The translations under genes and the position numbers were made by a program. From the human T2T-CHM13v2.0 reference genome, Homo sapiens, in NCBI RefSeq assembly GCF_009914755.1, contig NC_060926.1: a stretch of DNA of 64,000 nucleotides; one strand, given 5' to 3'. Shown in pieces: positions 36,177 through 48,400 of the stretch. Under the pieces are notes generated by a model. The model was given only the letters and a program-made list of their open reading frames with translations, searched no databases and was not told the origin of the DNA. Numbering within the stretch: the first letter of the stretch is position 1; each line of letters begins with the position of its first letter.

Positions 36177-38235
36177 ATTTTTGTGGACATGAAAACTGAG
36201 AACCAGAAAAATGATCTAACTGAGGTGACCAGCTGTGCAGGTGTGACAAGAGCTAGAACCCAGGGCTCATGCCTCCTAGGCCAATGATCTTCCACTATAG
36301 AGCACTGCTTTCAGGCTCTTACTATGCCAACCTGGGGCAACTGAAGAAGAAAATTAAATAGGGCAGGGAGTTGACATAATAAAAGTTAAAACCTACAATT
36401 TCCATATGCCCTGTGATCTTCTGTAATCCTTGGGTCAGCTCAGCAGTAAGGTGATAAAGATGTTCCCTATGGAACCTTAAAGAAGACAATTGGTTCATAC
36501 CCAGTTTATTGTGAAGGAAAGGTTCAGTGGGAAGACTAGAAGACACAAGTCCATTTTTATGATGGGGTGTATGTGAGTGGTTTGTTTGAGGAGTAGTTCT
36601 CAGTACTTTAATCAAGAAGGTACTATGCCCATTTTCAACTCCAAGATGTAGTCCGAAGACAAAAAATAAATAAATAAATAAAGTCTTACAGAGAATATGA
36701 AGGGCACAGGGGGAATTTTGTCTATCAAAAAAATTTAAAAATAATGATTTCAATCTAAGTGTCTGTTTACAAAAGCTACTAAAATCAAAGGTCAGTTTGG
36801 TAAAAATGAAAGTTTAATAGTATATTTCTCGGGAAATTATCCAAACTAGTTAATTATTCCTATGTAGACACAATATAAAACAGTCTTTTAGTCTCTGAAG
36901 AGGGAGTGATCAGTGAGCAGAGTACAAATTCTATGTTAATTCTCTCTTGCCACAAGAAAGAAAAAAAATAGGTTAAACATTTAGGCAACATTTACAGCCC
37001 CAAAGTACCTAATCACTTTGGTGAGTTCAGGCTCTGAATGGGCTAGTTATCATGTGGTCCAAACAACTGAAGAATTAAGTACATCACTAATGACCACTAG
37101 TTGTTTCAGCCAAGTACAGAAATCTTTGAAATGGTTTCTGGCTGTGAATGTGGCTCAGTATAGAAAAAAAGTGGCCAAAAGAGCCTTTCAGATTTCTTTC
37201 CTGTAGCCCTTCACTCATAACCAAGGAGGGCTGGAGAAATAGCACTTCTTTCTAAGAGCAGAGACATAATTTGAGTTTGAGATATTCATGTTTAGTTGGA
37301 GTTAGTGAAGGAATTTAAATGGTTTATTACCACCAAGGAGACACTTGCAATTGGCATTCACGTGGACAGCAGATTTTGCTAGTTGGAAAATTTGTGAGAA
37401 AAGACTTAGCCAAGAGATACTTCTCATGGCCAACTTATTCTTAATAAGCTTGATGGCATTTGAGGGTTATAAAAAATTGATTAATATCCTTTCCCTTCCA
37501 GAGCTCACTAGCCAGGAGGGGCTGCCTTTACCACTTGACCATTTCCTCTTCTCTCCCAAAACTTCCTCCTTTAGAATATCAGAACTAAATTAAAAGAGCA
37601 TCTGAAAGGGCCAATCCAAAATCCAGTGGTTTGAATAAAATCATGTATTGTAGACACCCTCCCTTTTGCTATTGGTTAGATCCCAGAAAGGCTTTCTAGG
37701 TGGAGAATTTCTTTCCCCTAATGATGGTGAAGAGTTTTCTAAAGAAAGAAGAGGAATCCCATATTAGAAAACACAACATAAAATGGGAACGACATTGCAG
37801 ATCCATGGGGAAAATGATACATGTTGAGATAACTGGTTATTAATAAGCAAAAAATATTCTAATTAGATCCCTACATCTAATTAATACAAAATTGTATTTA
37901 ATGTTGATTAAATGCATAGACATGAAAGAAAACTTAAAACCTTTTAGAAGAAATCTTAGAATATCTTTGAAACCTTTGAGTAGAAAAGAATTTTTAATCT
38001 ATGACAAACAAAAACATTTAAAAAGCAACAACTTTAAAGAGGCTTCATAAATTTACCTACATTAAAATAAATACAAAACTTATATACAACAAAAGATACT
38101 ATGAACAAGTGAAAAAGATAAGCAATATAGTAGCAGAGGAAATTTGCAAACATATAACCTATGAAGATTAGTATTTAGAATACATACAGGACTCCAAGAA
38201 TTAACAAGAGGAAAACAACCATCAAAAGCTCTAAC

Positions 38236-38586
38236 ATGCATGTAACTGGAATTCCAGAAGGAAAAAAGAAAGATGTTAGGGAAAAAAAAATTTTTTTTGA
38301 AGAAATGATGACCAAAAATGTTTCCAAATTTGGCAAAAGACATATTCAAGCATCTCAGCAACCCCCAATCATAAATTTTATAAATTCAAAGAAAGCCCTG
38401 CCTAGAAACATTGTAATCAAACTGCTGGAGACTAAGAATAAAGAACAAATCTTAAAGCAGTTAAGAAAAATAATATATTACATACAGAAGAGCAAATATT
38501 TAAATGACAGTGGATTCTCATCAGGAACCATGGAGGCGAGAAGACAGTGGAACAATATCTTTAAAGTGCTGAAGATAAATAAATAA
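38236..38586 (+). pseudogene. Decayed L1 ORF1p (RRM/CTD region) reading frame
   Basis: HVTGIPE...PRNIVIKLL...KEQILK...FSSGTMEARRQWNNIFKVLK aligns by eye to L1 ORF1p motifs IGVPE, PRHIIVRF and LSAETLQARREWGPIFNILK. Confidence 0.85.
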
Positions 38587-38646
38587 ATAGATAAATAAAA
38601 CTATCAACGAAGACAAATAAATAAATAGATAAATAAAACTATCAAC
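38571..38646. repeat. 38-bp tandem duplication inside L1 ORF1
   Basis: gaaga(t/c)aaataaataaatagataaataaaactatcaac x2. Confidence 0.9.
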
Positions 38647-38854
38647 CTGAAATTTTGTATCTAGCTAAAATATTCTCAGGAATGAAGATAAAATAAAAAT
38701 ATTTTCAGATAAAGAAAGTCTAAGAATTCATTGCTAGCAGACCTGTGATACAAAAAATTGCTGAAGGAATTTCTTTAGACTGTAAGAACAAGACACTAGA
38801 GTAAAACTTGCATCTTCAGGAAAGAATAAAGTATCAAAACTGGTAAATACCTGG

Positions 38855-39688
38855 TGTATAAGTCATGGTTCAACCAGAGGAGTATTTATGCCGTCATGCA
38901 TTGTATAATGACGTTTTGCTCAATGACAGACGCATACATGATGGTGCTCCCACAAAATTATGATGGAGCATATATAGAAATCTGATATATGGCACTTGAT
39001 ATTGGCATTGTAGATCAAGTAGAGGAAATTATGGTACTCAGTAATCATGCTGGGATATTTGGTTTTCCATATGGAAAACTACATGTACATTTTTATATAT
39101 TATATATTTATATTTATATAAATACATATTATATTTGTATTATATTTATAATATAATTATTATATGTAGATATACCATCTAGGTATATATATAATATATA
39201 CCATATAGGTTTGTGTAAGTATGCTTTATGATATTTGTACAATGACAAAATCACCTAAGGATACGTTTGCCAAGACTATCCCCATCCTGAAACAGCAAAT
39301 GACTGTATGTATGTGTGTGTTAGAGATAGAAAAGTGTATATAGAGATGCATACACAGAAGGGCAGGGGAGTTGTGGGGAGAAGATTATTACAGAGAATTG
39401 GCTTATGCAGTTATGGAGTCTGTCTAGGGCAAGTGGCCTAAGAGAGAAGATGAATAGACTGAACCCCACAGGTAGGAGTCTCTGGGCTCAGGGAAAGCCT
39501 AGACCCTCTTTTAAAGGTTTCACACAAGATAATAACCTTTTTGACTAATTTAAAGTCAAATAGTAATGATTGGGGGCTTTAATTGCATCTACAAAATTTC
39601 TTCACATCAGCACCTAAATCAATGTTTGACTGAATAACTGGAATGGTAGTTTAGCCTAGCCAAGTTTACATATCAAAAAGCTATTACA
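38855..39688 (-). mobile_element. ERVL LTR, MLT2-type, nested in L1
   Basis: tgtataagtcatggttcaaccagag...aattggcttatgcagttatggag...tagcctagccaagtttacatatcaaaaagctattaca. Confidence 0.8.
38891..39305. mobile_element. Tigger3-family MITE nested in MLT2
   Basis: TIR-like ccgtcatgcattgtataatgacg...aaatgactg followed by TA. Confidence 0.8.
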
Positions 39689-40704
39689 TCTGAGTAAATA
39701 TAAAACACTACTTTCTTTCCTTTCAAGCTCTTTAAAATACCTATATTTGCTTACACTAAAATCTAATATTGGTGGAGTTTTTCTGAGACATATGTAATAT
39801 AAAATATGTTGACTATAGAATAAAGGGACCAATAGTGTTGTTGGGTTTACATCAGTGGTAATATTAAATTTTAGTTGACGATGACAGGTGATAGATAGAA
39901 CCATTAAGATATTTATAATAATGCATAGCTTTAAGCCAATATAAATTAAAATAGAATACTAAACATATTCAAATAATCTAAAATAAAGCAGGAAAAGGGA
40001 AACAGAGGAACAAAAAAGAAATCGTAACATAATAAGATAGTAGATCTAAATTTAACCATATCAGTAATTACATTAAATGTTAATGATCTAAGCATTAAAA
40101 GATATTGTGAGAGTAGATTTAAAAAAGCAAGACTCAAGCACGTTGCCAACAAGAGACATACTTTAAACACAAAGATACATGTAGTTTGAAAGTAAGTGGA
40201 TAATGGTAAAGATACACCATGCAAACAGTAAGCTTAAGAAGACTAGAGTGACTATATTAATAACAAATTAAAAGAGTAGACTTCATGACAAAGAGCATAA
40301 CCAGGAATAAAAATTTCAAAAAGGACAATTCACCGAGAAGACAGTAATTATAAATATGTTTGTATCTAATAGCAGAACCTGATACTCAACAGAAGTAGAA
40401 AAAAAAAACCTCTATAATCTTAGTAGATTTTAACACTCCTCTCTCAGCAATTGATAGAATAACCAGACAAAATATCAGTAGAGACACGGAAGATCTGAAC
40501 ATCACTGTCAACCACCCTGATCTGATTGACATTATAATAGAACTCTACATTCAGCTGTAAAATATCCATTCTTTTCAAGCAGGCATGGTACATTCACCAA
40601 GATAGACCATATACCTGTACTGCAAAACACTTGTCAATAAGTTCAAAGGAACAGAAATCATGTAAAGTGTTTTCTATAATCATAAGAGAATTAATCAGTA
40701 ATAA

Positions 40705-40805
40705 CATATCTAGGAAAATCCATATCTAGGAAAATTATTTAAAAGTATGTCATTTGGAATGTCATTTCCAATTATTTGGAAATTAAATGACATACTTTTA
40801 AATAA
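40705..40805. repeat. 16-bp-period tandem duplication plus perfect 21-bp inverted repeat inside L1 ORF2
   Basis: catatctaggaaaat x2; 40735-40755 is the exact reverse complement of 40785-40805. Confidence 0.9.
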
Positions 40806-42349
40806 CTTATGCATCACAGTCAAAATCACAAGGAAAATTTAAAAATGTTTTGAACTGAATAAGGGAGAAAATACAGTATCAAAATTTGTAAGATGCAACT
40901 TAAGTACTGCTTAAAGGGAAACTTGCAGCTTTAAATGCAAAAGAAGAAAGGCCTAAAAACAACAGCCTATGATTCCACCTTAAGAGGTTCAAAAAAGATC
41001 AAAGTAAGCCCAAAGTAAGTAGAAGGAAGAAAATGAAGATAAGAGTAGAAAGAAGTCAATGAAATTGAAAATAGATACCTAATAGTGAAAATTAGCAAAG
41101 CCAAAAGCTGGCTCCTTGAAAAAAAAATTGACAAACTCTTAGTTATACTGACAAAAAAAAAAAAAAAAAGAAAGAAAAGAAAGAGAAAGAAAAAAAGAAT
41201 ACATCACCAATATCAGGAATAAAAAAATATGTTATCACCACAAATCCTACAGATTTTAAAAGGATAATAAGTAAGTATTGGAGCAACTTTATCATATTTT
41301 ATAGCTTAGATGAAAGGGATAAATTTCTTGAAAAATGCAACTTACTAAAGTTGGCATGAAAAGAAACAAAATCTGAATTATCATTTTCGAAATGAGAAAA
41401 TTTACTGCATTATCAAAAAGCTTCCCTGAAAGAAAAACAATAGACAAGTGGCAAAATATATGAACGTGCAATTCACAAAAGAAGAAACTTGAATGGTTCC
41501 TAATTCTATGCAAAAATGTTTGACCTCAGTGATCAGAAAAATGTAAATAAAACCACATAGAAAACATTTCACACTAAGCAGCTAAAAAATAAAAGCCTGA
41601 TAATAAGAAGTAATAGCAAGAATGTAAGAAAAACAAAACTCATAAACTTCTGGTAGACATGTAAATTGGTACAAACACTACAGAGGGCAAATGGGCAACA
41701 TCTAGTAAAGTTTACAAGGCAAATATCCCATAACCCAGAAACTCCACTCCCTACGCATGTGGAGAGGAAACGTGTATAAGGATGTGCATGGAAGCATTGT
41801 TTGTAATTGAAAATGTTGGAAACAAACTAAACATCCATCAAGAGGAAAACTGATAAAAATATGCTTTCATCTATTCATACATGGAATTTTAAACATAAGT
41901 TAAGACTAGAGATACGTGTTCAATTTAAATACAAAACATTAAGAAAAAAACCAAGTTGCAGAACGATACACAATTATACCATTTATTTAACCACTTAATA
42001 TATGAAAACAATGCTACATAATTTTAAGGACACATAGAGAGAGAGTAGAAATGTAAAGACAGACAAGAGAATGATAAAACTCAAAATCAATTACTGTTGT
42101 CCCTACTTAGAAATAGGGGAATGGGATGACAGATGGATACAGGGGATTTAAACCATATTTGTAATGTTTACTTTTAGGCTGGTTGGTGCATACAAAGGTA
42201 TTCATTAGCGTACTCATTGCACCTTTATGTATGCCTGAAACATTCTGTAGTTTAAAAAATTAGAAAGGAACTGGAGTCTGAAATATGGCTGCTTGGCAAA
42301 AGATGGAGGCTTCAGTCATAATGAGGAATCAGACGCCCTTGCTGAATGC

Positions 42350-43100
42350 CCTCAACTGTTTTGACTTCTGGAGGGGCGGGCCGTGATTACAGCTGCGATT
42401 AGGTGACTCACCATAATTATGTTTTGTTGAAATTGAATTTATTGAAGCATGAATCATTCTGCCCAAGTCCTACCTAATTGCTCCAACACTGTGGATGGGA
42501 AGGATGGCGGAGGAGTTTTCCTTGGAAGTCATTATAGAATGAATGTGCTTGCGCACGTGCGTCCATCCCCGCACACAGTCGGCCACACTCACCTTACAGA
42601 AAGCCAGCAGCGCGGCCCCATCCTTTGTGATGACATGAGGTTGCCAGACAATCTTTACTTGTTTAGCTGTGGTTTCTTCGTCTCCTACCCCCTACTCTTC
42701 TTTGTGAGCAACTCACTATTTGGCCGTTTGGCTCCCCGGGGGTCTCTGTGCCTCAGACCGCAGGCCTCTCTGAGAGTTGTTGATGCCTCAGAGCGGCTGA
42801 CTTGCAGATTGTATCCGTATTCCCCCAGCTCAGACCTCCCACCACCACTCAGCGGACAACTTAGGGATGCCCTCAAAGCTGCGTGCCTGCTGCAGAGCTG
42901 TAATTTAAATCAACTTGGGAGCTGTGACGAGGCAAAGAGCAACCTCAGAGGGTGGTGGGAACCGCTGGGACTCCTGCTCTGTGGCTCGTGTACAAGGAGG
43001 AGAGGGTGGTGGACTGTTAGAGACTGTGACTCACTTGCAATCTCATACGGGGAAAGAGTTCCAAGCCTTTCTCCTCTCCTTTCCCTAGCATGTGAAGATG
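42350..43100 (-). promoter_or_regulatory. CpG-enriched promoter-like region
   Basis: Highest CpG density in the window outside repeats; GC box 42373-42380, AP-1 TGACTCA 42404 and 43027, palindromic cgCACGTGcg 42552-42561, Sox-type CTTTGT 42623 and 42700. Confidence 0.65.
42593..42960 (-). other. Putative non-coding first exon of a minus-strand gene (5' end uncertain, about 42870-42970)
   Basis: Consensus donor AAG|GTGAGT at 42593 inside the CpG-rich region, with no upstream polypyrimidine acceptor; alternative donor ATG|GTGAGT at 42412. Confidence 0.5.
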
Positions 43101-43249
43101 GGGAGACCCATTGTTTATCTTCGTGTGATACAAATTGAACAAACAAAATGGACTGTTCCTTTAACAGGTTGACTGTAAGCTAATCATGATTTAAAAAAAA
43201 ACTAACTGACTGTTTTCCTACCCCAAGATGGGTAGCAGAGGCAAACTCC

Positions 43250-43650
43250 ATGGTCATAATAGCAATGACAGCAAACACTTTTACACCATTTACCATTTGC
43301 AGGCACTGTTCTAACTAACCACTTTACACATTTTAACACATTTAATCTTGACAACTTCATGGGTTAGTGTCTTTACTCGCCATATTTTCAGGTGAGGAAA
43401 CTGAGGCACAGGGAGTTTAAGCAACTTACTAATAAATGAGGAGGTTTTCTGGCCCCAGACTCTGCTTTTAACCACTCCCCTATATGCTTTGCACATGGCA
43501 AACATGATGCTGAGTGCTTTATAAAATCATCTGACTCACTCCCATTTGACAGATGAGAAAACTAAGGCTGAGAGTTGCAAAGTAACTCGAAAAGATTACA
43601 CAAATAGTAAGTAGCACAACCAGGATCTGGAGCTAATTGGACTGACTGCA
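43250..43650 (-). mobile_element. Two adjacent MIR SINEs
   Basis: ttttcaggtgaggaaactgaggcacagggag and catttgacagatgagaaaactaaggctgagag cores. Confidence 0.8.
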
Positions 43651-44549
43651 CATCTATCCCATCTACCCCATCTACCCCTTTCATTTCCAATGACCTGCTA
43701 GGTGTGGAAGCCCCAGCAGATGAGGAATACACAAGGCAGAGTAGTCATGAGCCACAGCTGATAGCATGGTAAAGCTGTATTCCAACCAGTAGCCCTTTAG
43801 CAGGTGCTCCCAGCAGGCTCCGGGGCTTCCTCATCTGCCTCCAGTTCAGACTAAGATCTGGTCTTTTTCCAATGACTCCATCTTCTTCTGAAGTTCCAAT
43901 TCCATTGTTAAACACGGTAGTGGAACTGGCATTTAAAAAATCCATTCACTTTTTAAAAAAAATTTTTTAATCTCTACTCATTAAAGTCAACTGTTAAAGA
44001 GTAAATGCTCCAGGGAAAAGGTAACATTTTAAACTCATGTGGACAAACTTTTGGGGGAATGAACTGAGGGGTAACTGACAAGGACCCCTGGGTATGGATG
44101 CACAATAGGGACTTGAAGAGTCAAAGAGGAAATGAGGAATAAAGCTTCACTAACTCACTCACTGCCCAGTCGTCCCAGGGACAAGTCTGGGCTCCTGTCC
44201 GTCCTTTGTCTTCTGGTTTCTTCCCTCTAAAACACCACAGACTCAAAGGTGGCAGATCAGAGCAACTCTAGAGACCTTTGCAGATATGTCAGAGTGTCAA
44301 GGGCTCAAGGGCCAGTTCAATCCTTTCATTTTATAGACCAAAAAACAGAGACCTCAATTGCTACATGATTTGTCTATGGTTATACAGTTAAACGGTATGA
44401 AAACCAATAATAAAACTCAGAAATAATGGTCTTGAGAAAAATAAGCAGCCCTAAGCCACTGTAGGAATTTTCATATGTCCAGTCCTCTGATTTTCTCTCT
44501 TCCTGAAAAGCTCATTATTCTTTAGTAGCACGACAGAAATGTCCTTTAC

Positions 44550-44820
44550 ACAAAAGAGTAGAAGTGTCATGTGGTTGAGAAACAGGGTTTGGACTCATAC
44601 ACTCCACATTCCAGCTCCAGCTCTGACATTCATAGCCTGTGTTATCTTGGGGAAGTCACAAGTTTCAGACGCTCAACTTCCTCAACTGTCAAACAGAAAA
44701 ATCATAAAACCTTTCTTATAGACTTGTTTCAATCATGAGTTAAATTATCATATTTGACAGCACCTAATACAGCTTCTGGTACATTTTTGGGGCTTAATGA
44801 ATGCTTTGTCATTGCACTTT
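44550..44820 (+). mobile_element. MIR SINE
   Basis: ccagctctgacattcatagcctgtgttatcttggggaagtcacaa...cttcctcaactgtcaaacag. Confidence 0.75.
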
Positions 44821-46360
44821 GATCAGACGAGGAATATTTGGGATGTTTGAGGAACTTAGTTTGATTTTCTATCCCAATGGACCACCAAGCCCTTGCCTTA
44901 TTTTTTTTTAATCCCAAACATTTTTATAATTGAGTCACCTATTCCTGTTACCTTTTCCTTTTTCCAGCCTTTCAGTTTGGCATCATTTCCCAGCCTAACA
45001 AATTTATTGCCTATTTTATCATTCAGAATGGAGGTGATGGTAGCAATCACTTTTCACCTCTGAGTTTTACGGACACTCACCTATCACACTCCAGCTTTGG
45101 CCTCTCCCAGATGGACACCTATTCATTGGAAAGCAACGTGTGGAATGAGCTGTGCGGACACTGGTATATCTACCAAAGACCTCTGGGATTCTATTTCTCT
45201 CATGCTGTTCGTCACAGTACCTGATGCCCTGGTGCTCACCTCCTTCTTGAAAGTTATGCCATCCTAACCTCCACCATTCGTCTTTTCCAATTATCCTCTC
45301 TTTTCACTAATGTCCTCTGACTTCTTCAGTTCTTGTTCTTTCCTCGCCCCTTAGCCACAGCGTCACTTGAGTTTAATACATATCCATCTGCATTAATTTC
45401 TGTGACTAGAACAGTGGCAATCCCACCCCCTTTTCCCCTATTTGGAGAGAGACATGGGAAGAAAACAGCTTCTCATTAAGGAACTTAATCAGGTCTTATT
45501 TAAGTAGTCGTCTTAAAGCTATGGCTGAGCCTTTGGCCTACAAAGTAAAGCTTAGACCTTAATATTAACAGCAAAGAGATATCCTCAAATACCCTCTATA
45601 TGTAGAAGATTTTATGAAAATCTGAGGGAGAAGCAGGCCTCGTATAAATGTTTTGTCATTAAATTTTAAAAGAAGCATACTTTTTTATTAAAATTTTTTA
45701 AAGAAGCATACTTCATGTTTCAGTGAATAGATGGAAGTTAAAGGAAATCACAAGAAACAGAAGGGAGTAACATTCCAAGGGAGGCAGAAACGTAGAGATA
45801 AAGGTAGCCATAAAAATGTAATTTTCTGAGATTTTATCTACACTACCCTAATTATAGCAAGAGAGTTGTACTATTCTTAAAAAGCAAAATATAGATTTAG
45901 GCTACTTCATCTATTTATATGACTTAAATTACAACAATTTTTAAAACTAGTACCAATATTTATACAACTCCAAAATAAATCTGTGGAGTTGATAGTATTC
46001 TTCAAGACATCCTCTTTGTCTATCATAATCTCACCCCCTTTCTCCATCTCCTGCAATGACACCTCAATTTGCCCAGTTGCCAGCATCAACTTGAAAGCAT
46101 CTTCTCCCTCCTTTAGTCCCATATTCTTCATAGCTAAACTCTGCCAACACCACAGGGAGTGGGCAAGAATGACCACAGTAGATTCAGATGTAATCAGTTT
46201 GTTGCTTGGGATACACCATACTTAGCCTGTCAATCCACCTGAAAAAGGAACAATAAATTCCCGTCCTTACTTTTCCTCACCCAAATTAGCCCAAACAAAT
46301 TAGATTGGTAGAACCATTTGTTCCCATCTGGTTTCCACAGGACATGTAGACTCAGAAAAG

Positions 46361-46982
46361 TTTTCTTTTGTTGTTGTTGTTGTTTGTTTGTTTTTGTTTT
46401 TAACTTTTATTTTAGGTTCGGGGGTATATGTACAGGTTTATTACATAGGTAAACTTATGTCATAGGGGTTTGTTGTACAGATTATTTCATCACCCCAGTA
46501 TAAAACCTAGTACCCATTAGTTATTTTTCCTGATCCTCTCCCTCCTCCCACCCTCCATTCACCCTCAATCCGACAAGGTGGGAACCATTGGATGCCCATA
46601 AGCCTTCTGAACCTTGTATAATAAACTACTTGGGGCTGTCTTTTCTTTAGATCTCAGAAACCACAATGAGGAACTATTATCAGTGACTTTAGTCAGGGGA
46701 GCAAGATGGGAGTTTGATAGACCCCAATATGTGTTGTTCCTCTGTCTATGTGTTCTTCTTATCATTTAGTTCTCACTTATAAGTGAGAACATGTGGTATT
46801 TGGTTTTCTGTTGCTGCATTAATTTGCTAAGGATAATGGCTTCCAGCTCCATCCATGTCCCTGCAAAGGACATGATCTGGTTCTTTTCTATGGCTGCATA
46901 GTATTCCATGGTGTATTAATATATGTACCACAATTTCTTCATCCAGTTTATCATTAATGGGCATTTAGGTTGATTCCATGTT
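46361..46982 (-). mobile_element. 5'-truncated L1PA (older primate subfamily) 3' end with an internal 142-bp insertion
   Basis: T-rich tail, aacttttattttaggttcgggggtatatgtacagg...cacttataagtgagaacatgtggtatttgg. Confidence 0.92.
46577..46718 (+). repeat. 142-bp direct copy of 47725-47866
   Basis: Ungapped alignment by eye, 10 mismatches in 142 nt. Confidence 0.95.
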
Positions 46983-48221
46983 GCAAAGGTTCCTTAAGAT
47001 TCCATCTTTCCTTTAGTTTCATAGCCTATTTTGCCCATTTCTCCCATTCCTCCTTTCTTCCATTTCTTTACCCCCAGATGTCCAAAGCAGCCTCCTGACT
47101 TATATTCTTGTTCCCCTTTCTTCCCCTCTCTTTAGCCTAATTCATTTAGATTCCAGAGAAACTGAGCCACATTTTCACCATTTGTTGGTCTCGACTAAAA
47201 TCAAAAATTTGTCATTAATATGCTACCACATGTAAACAGGCAACAAAGTAAATGATTTTGACCTAAATATTTGAGACATTGGCTCTTGGTAAATACAAAA
47301 TCTCCTTCATGTCATGAGGACATGTATTTGACCAGACATTGGGTAAGGGGTTGAGGAAGCTTTGTGTCATATTTTTGGGGAAAGACCACTATACCTCCAT
47401 CGCTACACCATCTGAGAATTTAGAATAATCTGTATCAGAGACTAGATGGTCAAAAACTTAAATTGCAGAAGATATAACATCACTTTCTGTGCACCTATCA
47501 GTGTGCATATGTAGACAATCACTTCCAGAAAGAGGGGAGACTGGGCAGCTGGCTGGATGTACTGGGACATATTGAACCATTTTTTGAATGTTTGGGGCTT
47601 GGCAAATAAATGCATTGTGCCCGAAGCACCTTTTTCCCTTCACTTAAAACCCATGTGTATTGGAAAGGAAATTTAATTCTTATGTTTCTGATTTGCCCAC
47701 ATTTAACCCATCAAAATCCAACTTGGTGGGAACCATTGGACGCCCATAAGCCTTCTGAACCTTGTGTAATAAACCACTTGGAGCTGTCTTTTCTTTGGAT
47801 CTCAGAAACCACAATGAGAAACTATTTTCAGTGGCTTTAGTCAGGGGAACAAGATGGGAGCTTGATTTTGCCCTCAGATTTCACCACAGCCAACAAATTC
47901 TAACTTTGTTCAGATGCATTGTCACGCCTTGTATTTACTTCTTGCCAATAACCTGAGGTCTAGTAACCACTGTTTTTGTGAAAGTCAAACAATATGGACT
48001 GATATTCAACTCCAAAACGGGCTGAGCACTGTGCGGGTCTCTCTCACTGGGTCTCAATGTCCTCACCGGTGTTAGGCAACTCACTTACCTGAACCTTTGA
48101 GTAACTCTTCTTCCCTCTGCACAGTCTAATTATACAGGAGATACTGTTCACTCATAAAGGATAATGGATTAGGATGAAAATATTAAAAAAAAAAAAAAAA
48201 GGAAATAAGATCCTGTAAATG

Positions 48222-48400
48222 GGCTGAATGTGGTGGCTCATGCCTGTAATCTCAGCACTTTGGGAGGCTGAGGTGGGCAGATCACTTGAGTCTAGGAGTT
48301 TGAGACTAGCCTGGGCAACATAGTAAGACCCCCCCATCTCTAAATAAATGAATAAAATTTTCAGCTGAAAATAAATTTGCAATAAATAAATAAAGAAATA
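48222..48400 (+). mobile_element. Alu left monomer (FLAM/AluJ half)
   Basis: Single monomer plus A-rich tail; TSD-like ataagatcctgtaaat / aaaaggtcctataaat. Confidence 0.85.

Larger units (their letters stand above)
37790..42262 (+). mobile_element. Composite old L1M: ORF2-end/3'UTR pieces (37790-38227, 41439-42262) flanking an ORF1-endonuclease segment (38228-41438)
   Basis: Recognisable L1 ORF1, endonuclease start (attacattaaatgttaatgatcta, ITLNVN-like; caagagacatact, QET-like) and L1ME-type 3'UTR. Confidence 0.85.

Noticed and set aside
45907-46225. ORFs that looked protein-like (LQEMEKGGEIMIDKEDVLK)
   Set aside because: Underlying DNA resembles an L2 fragment (ttctccatctcctgcaatgacacctcaatttgcccagttgcc); no splice support
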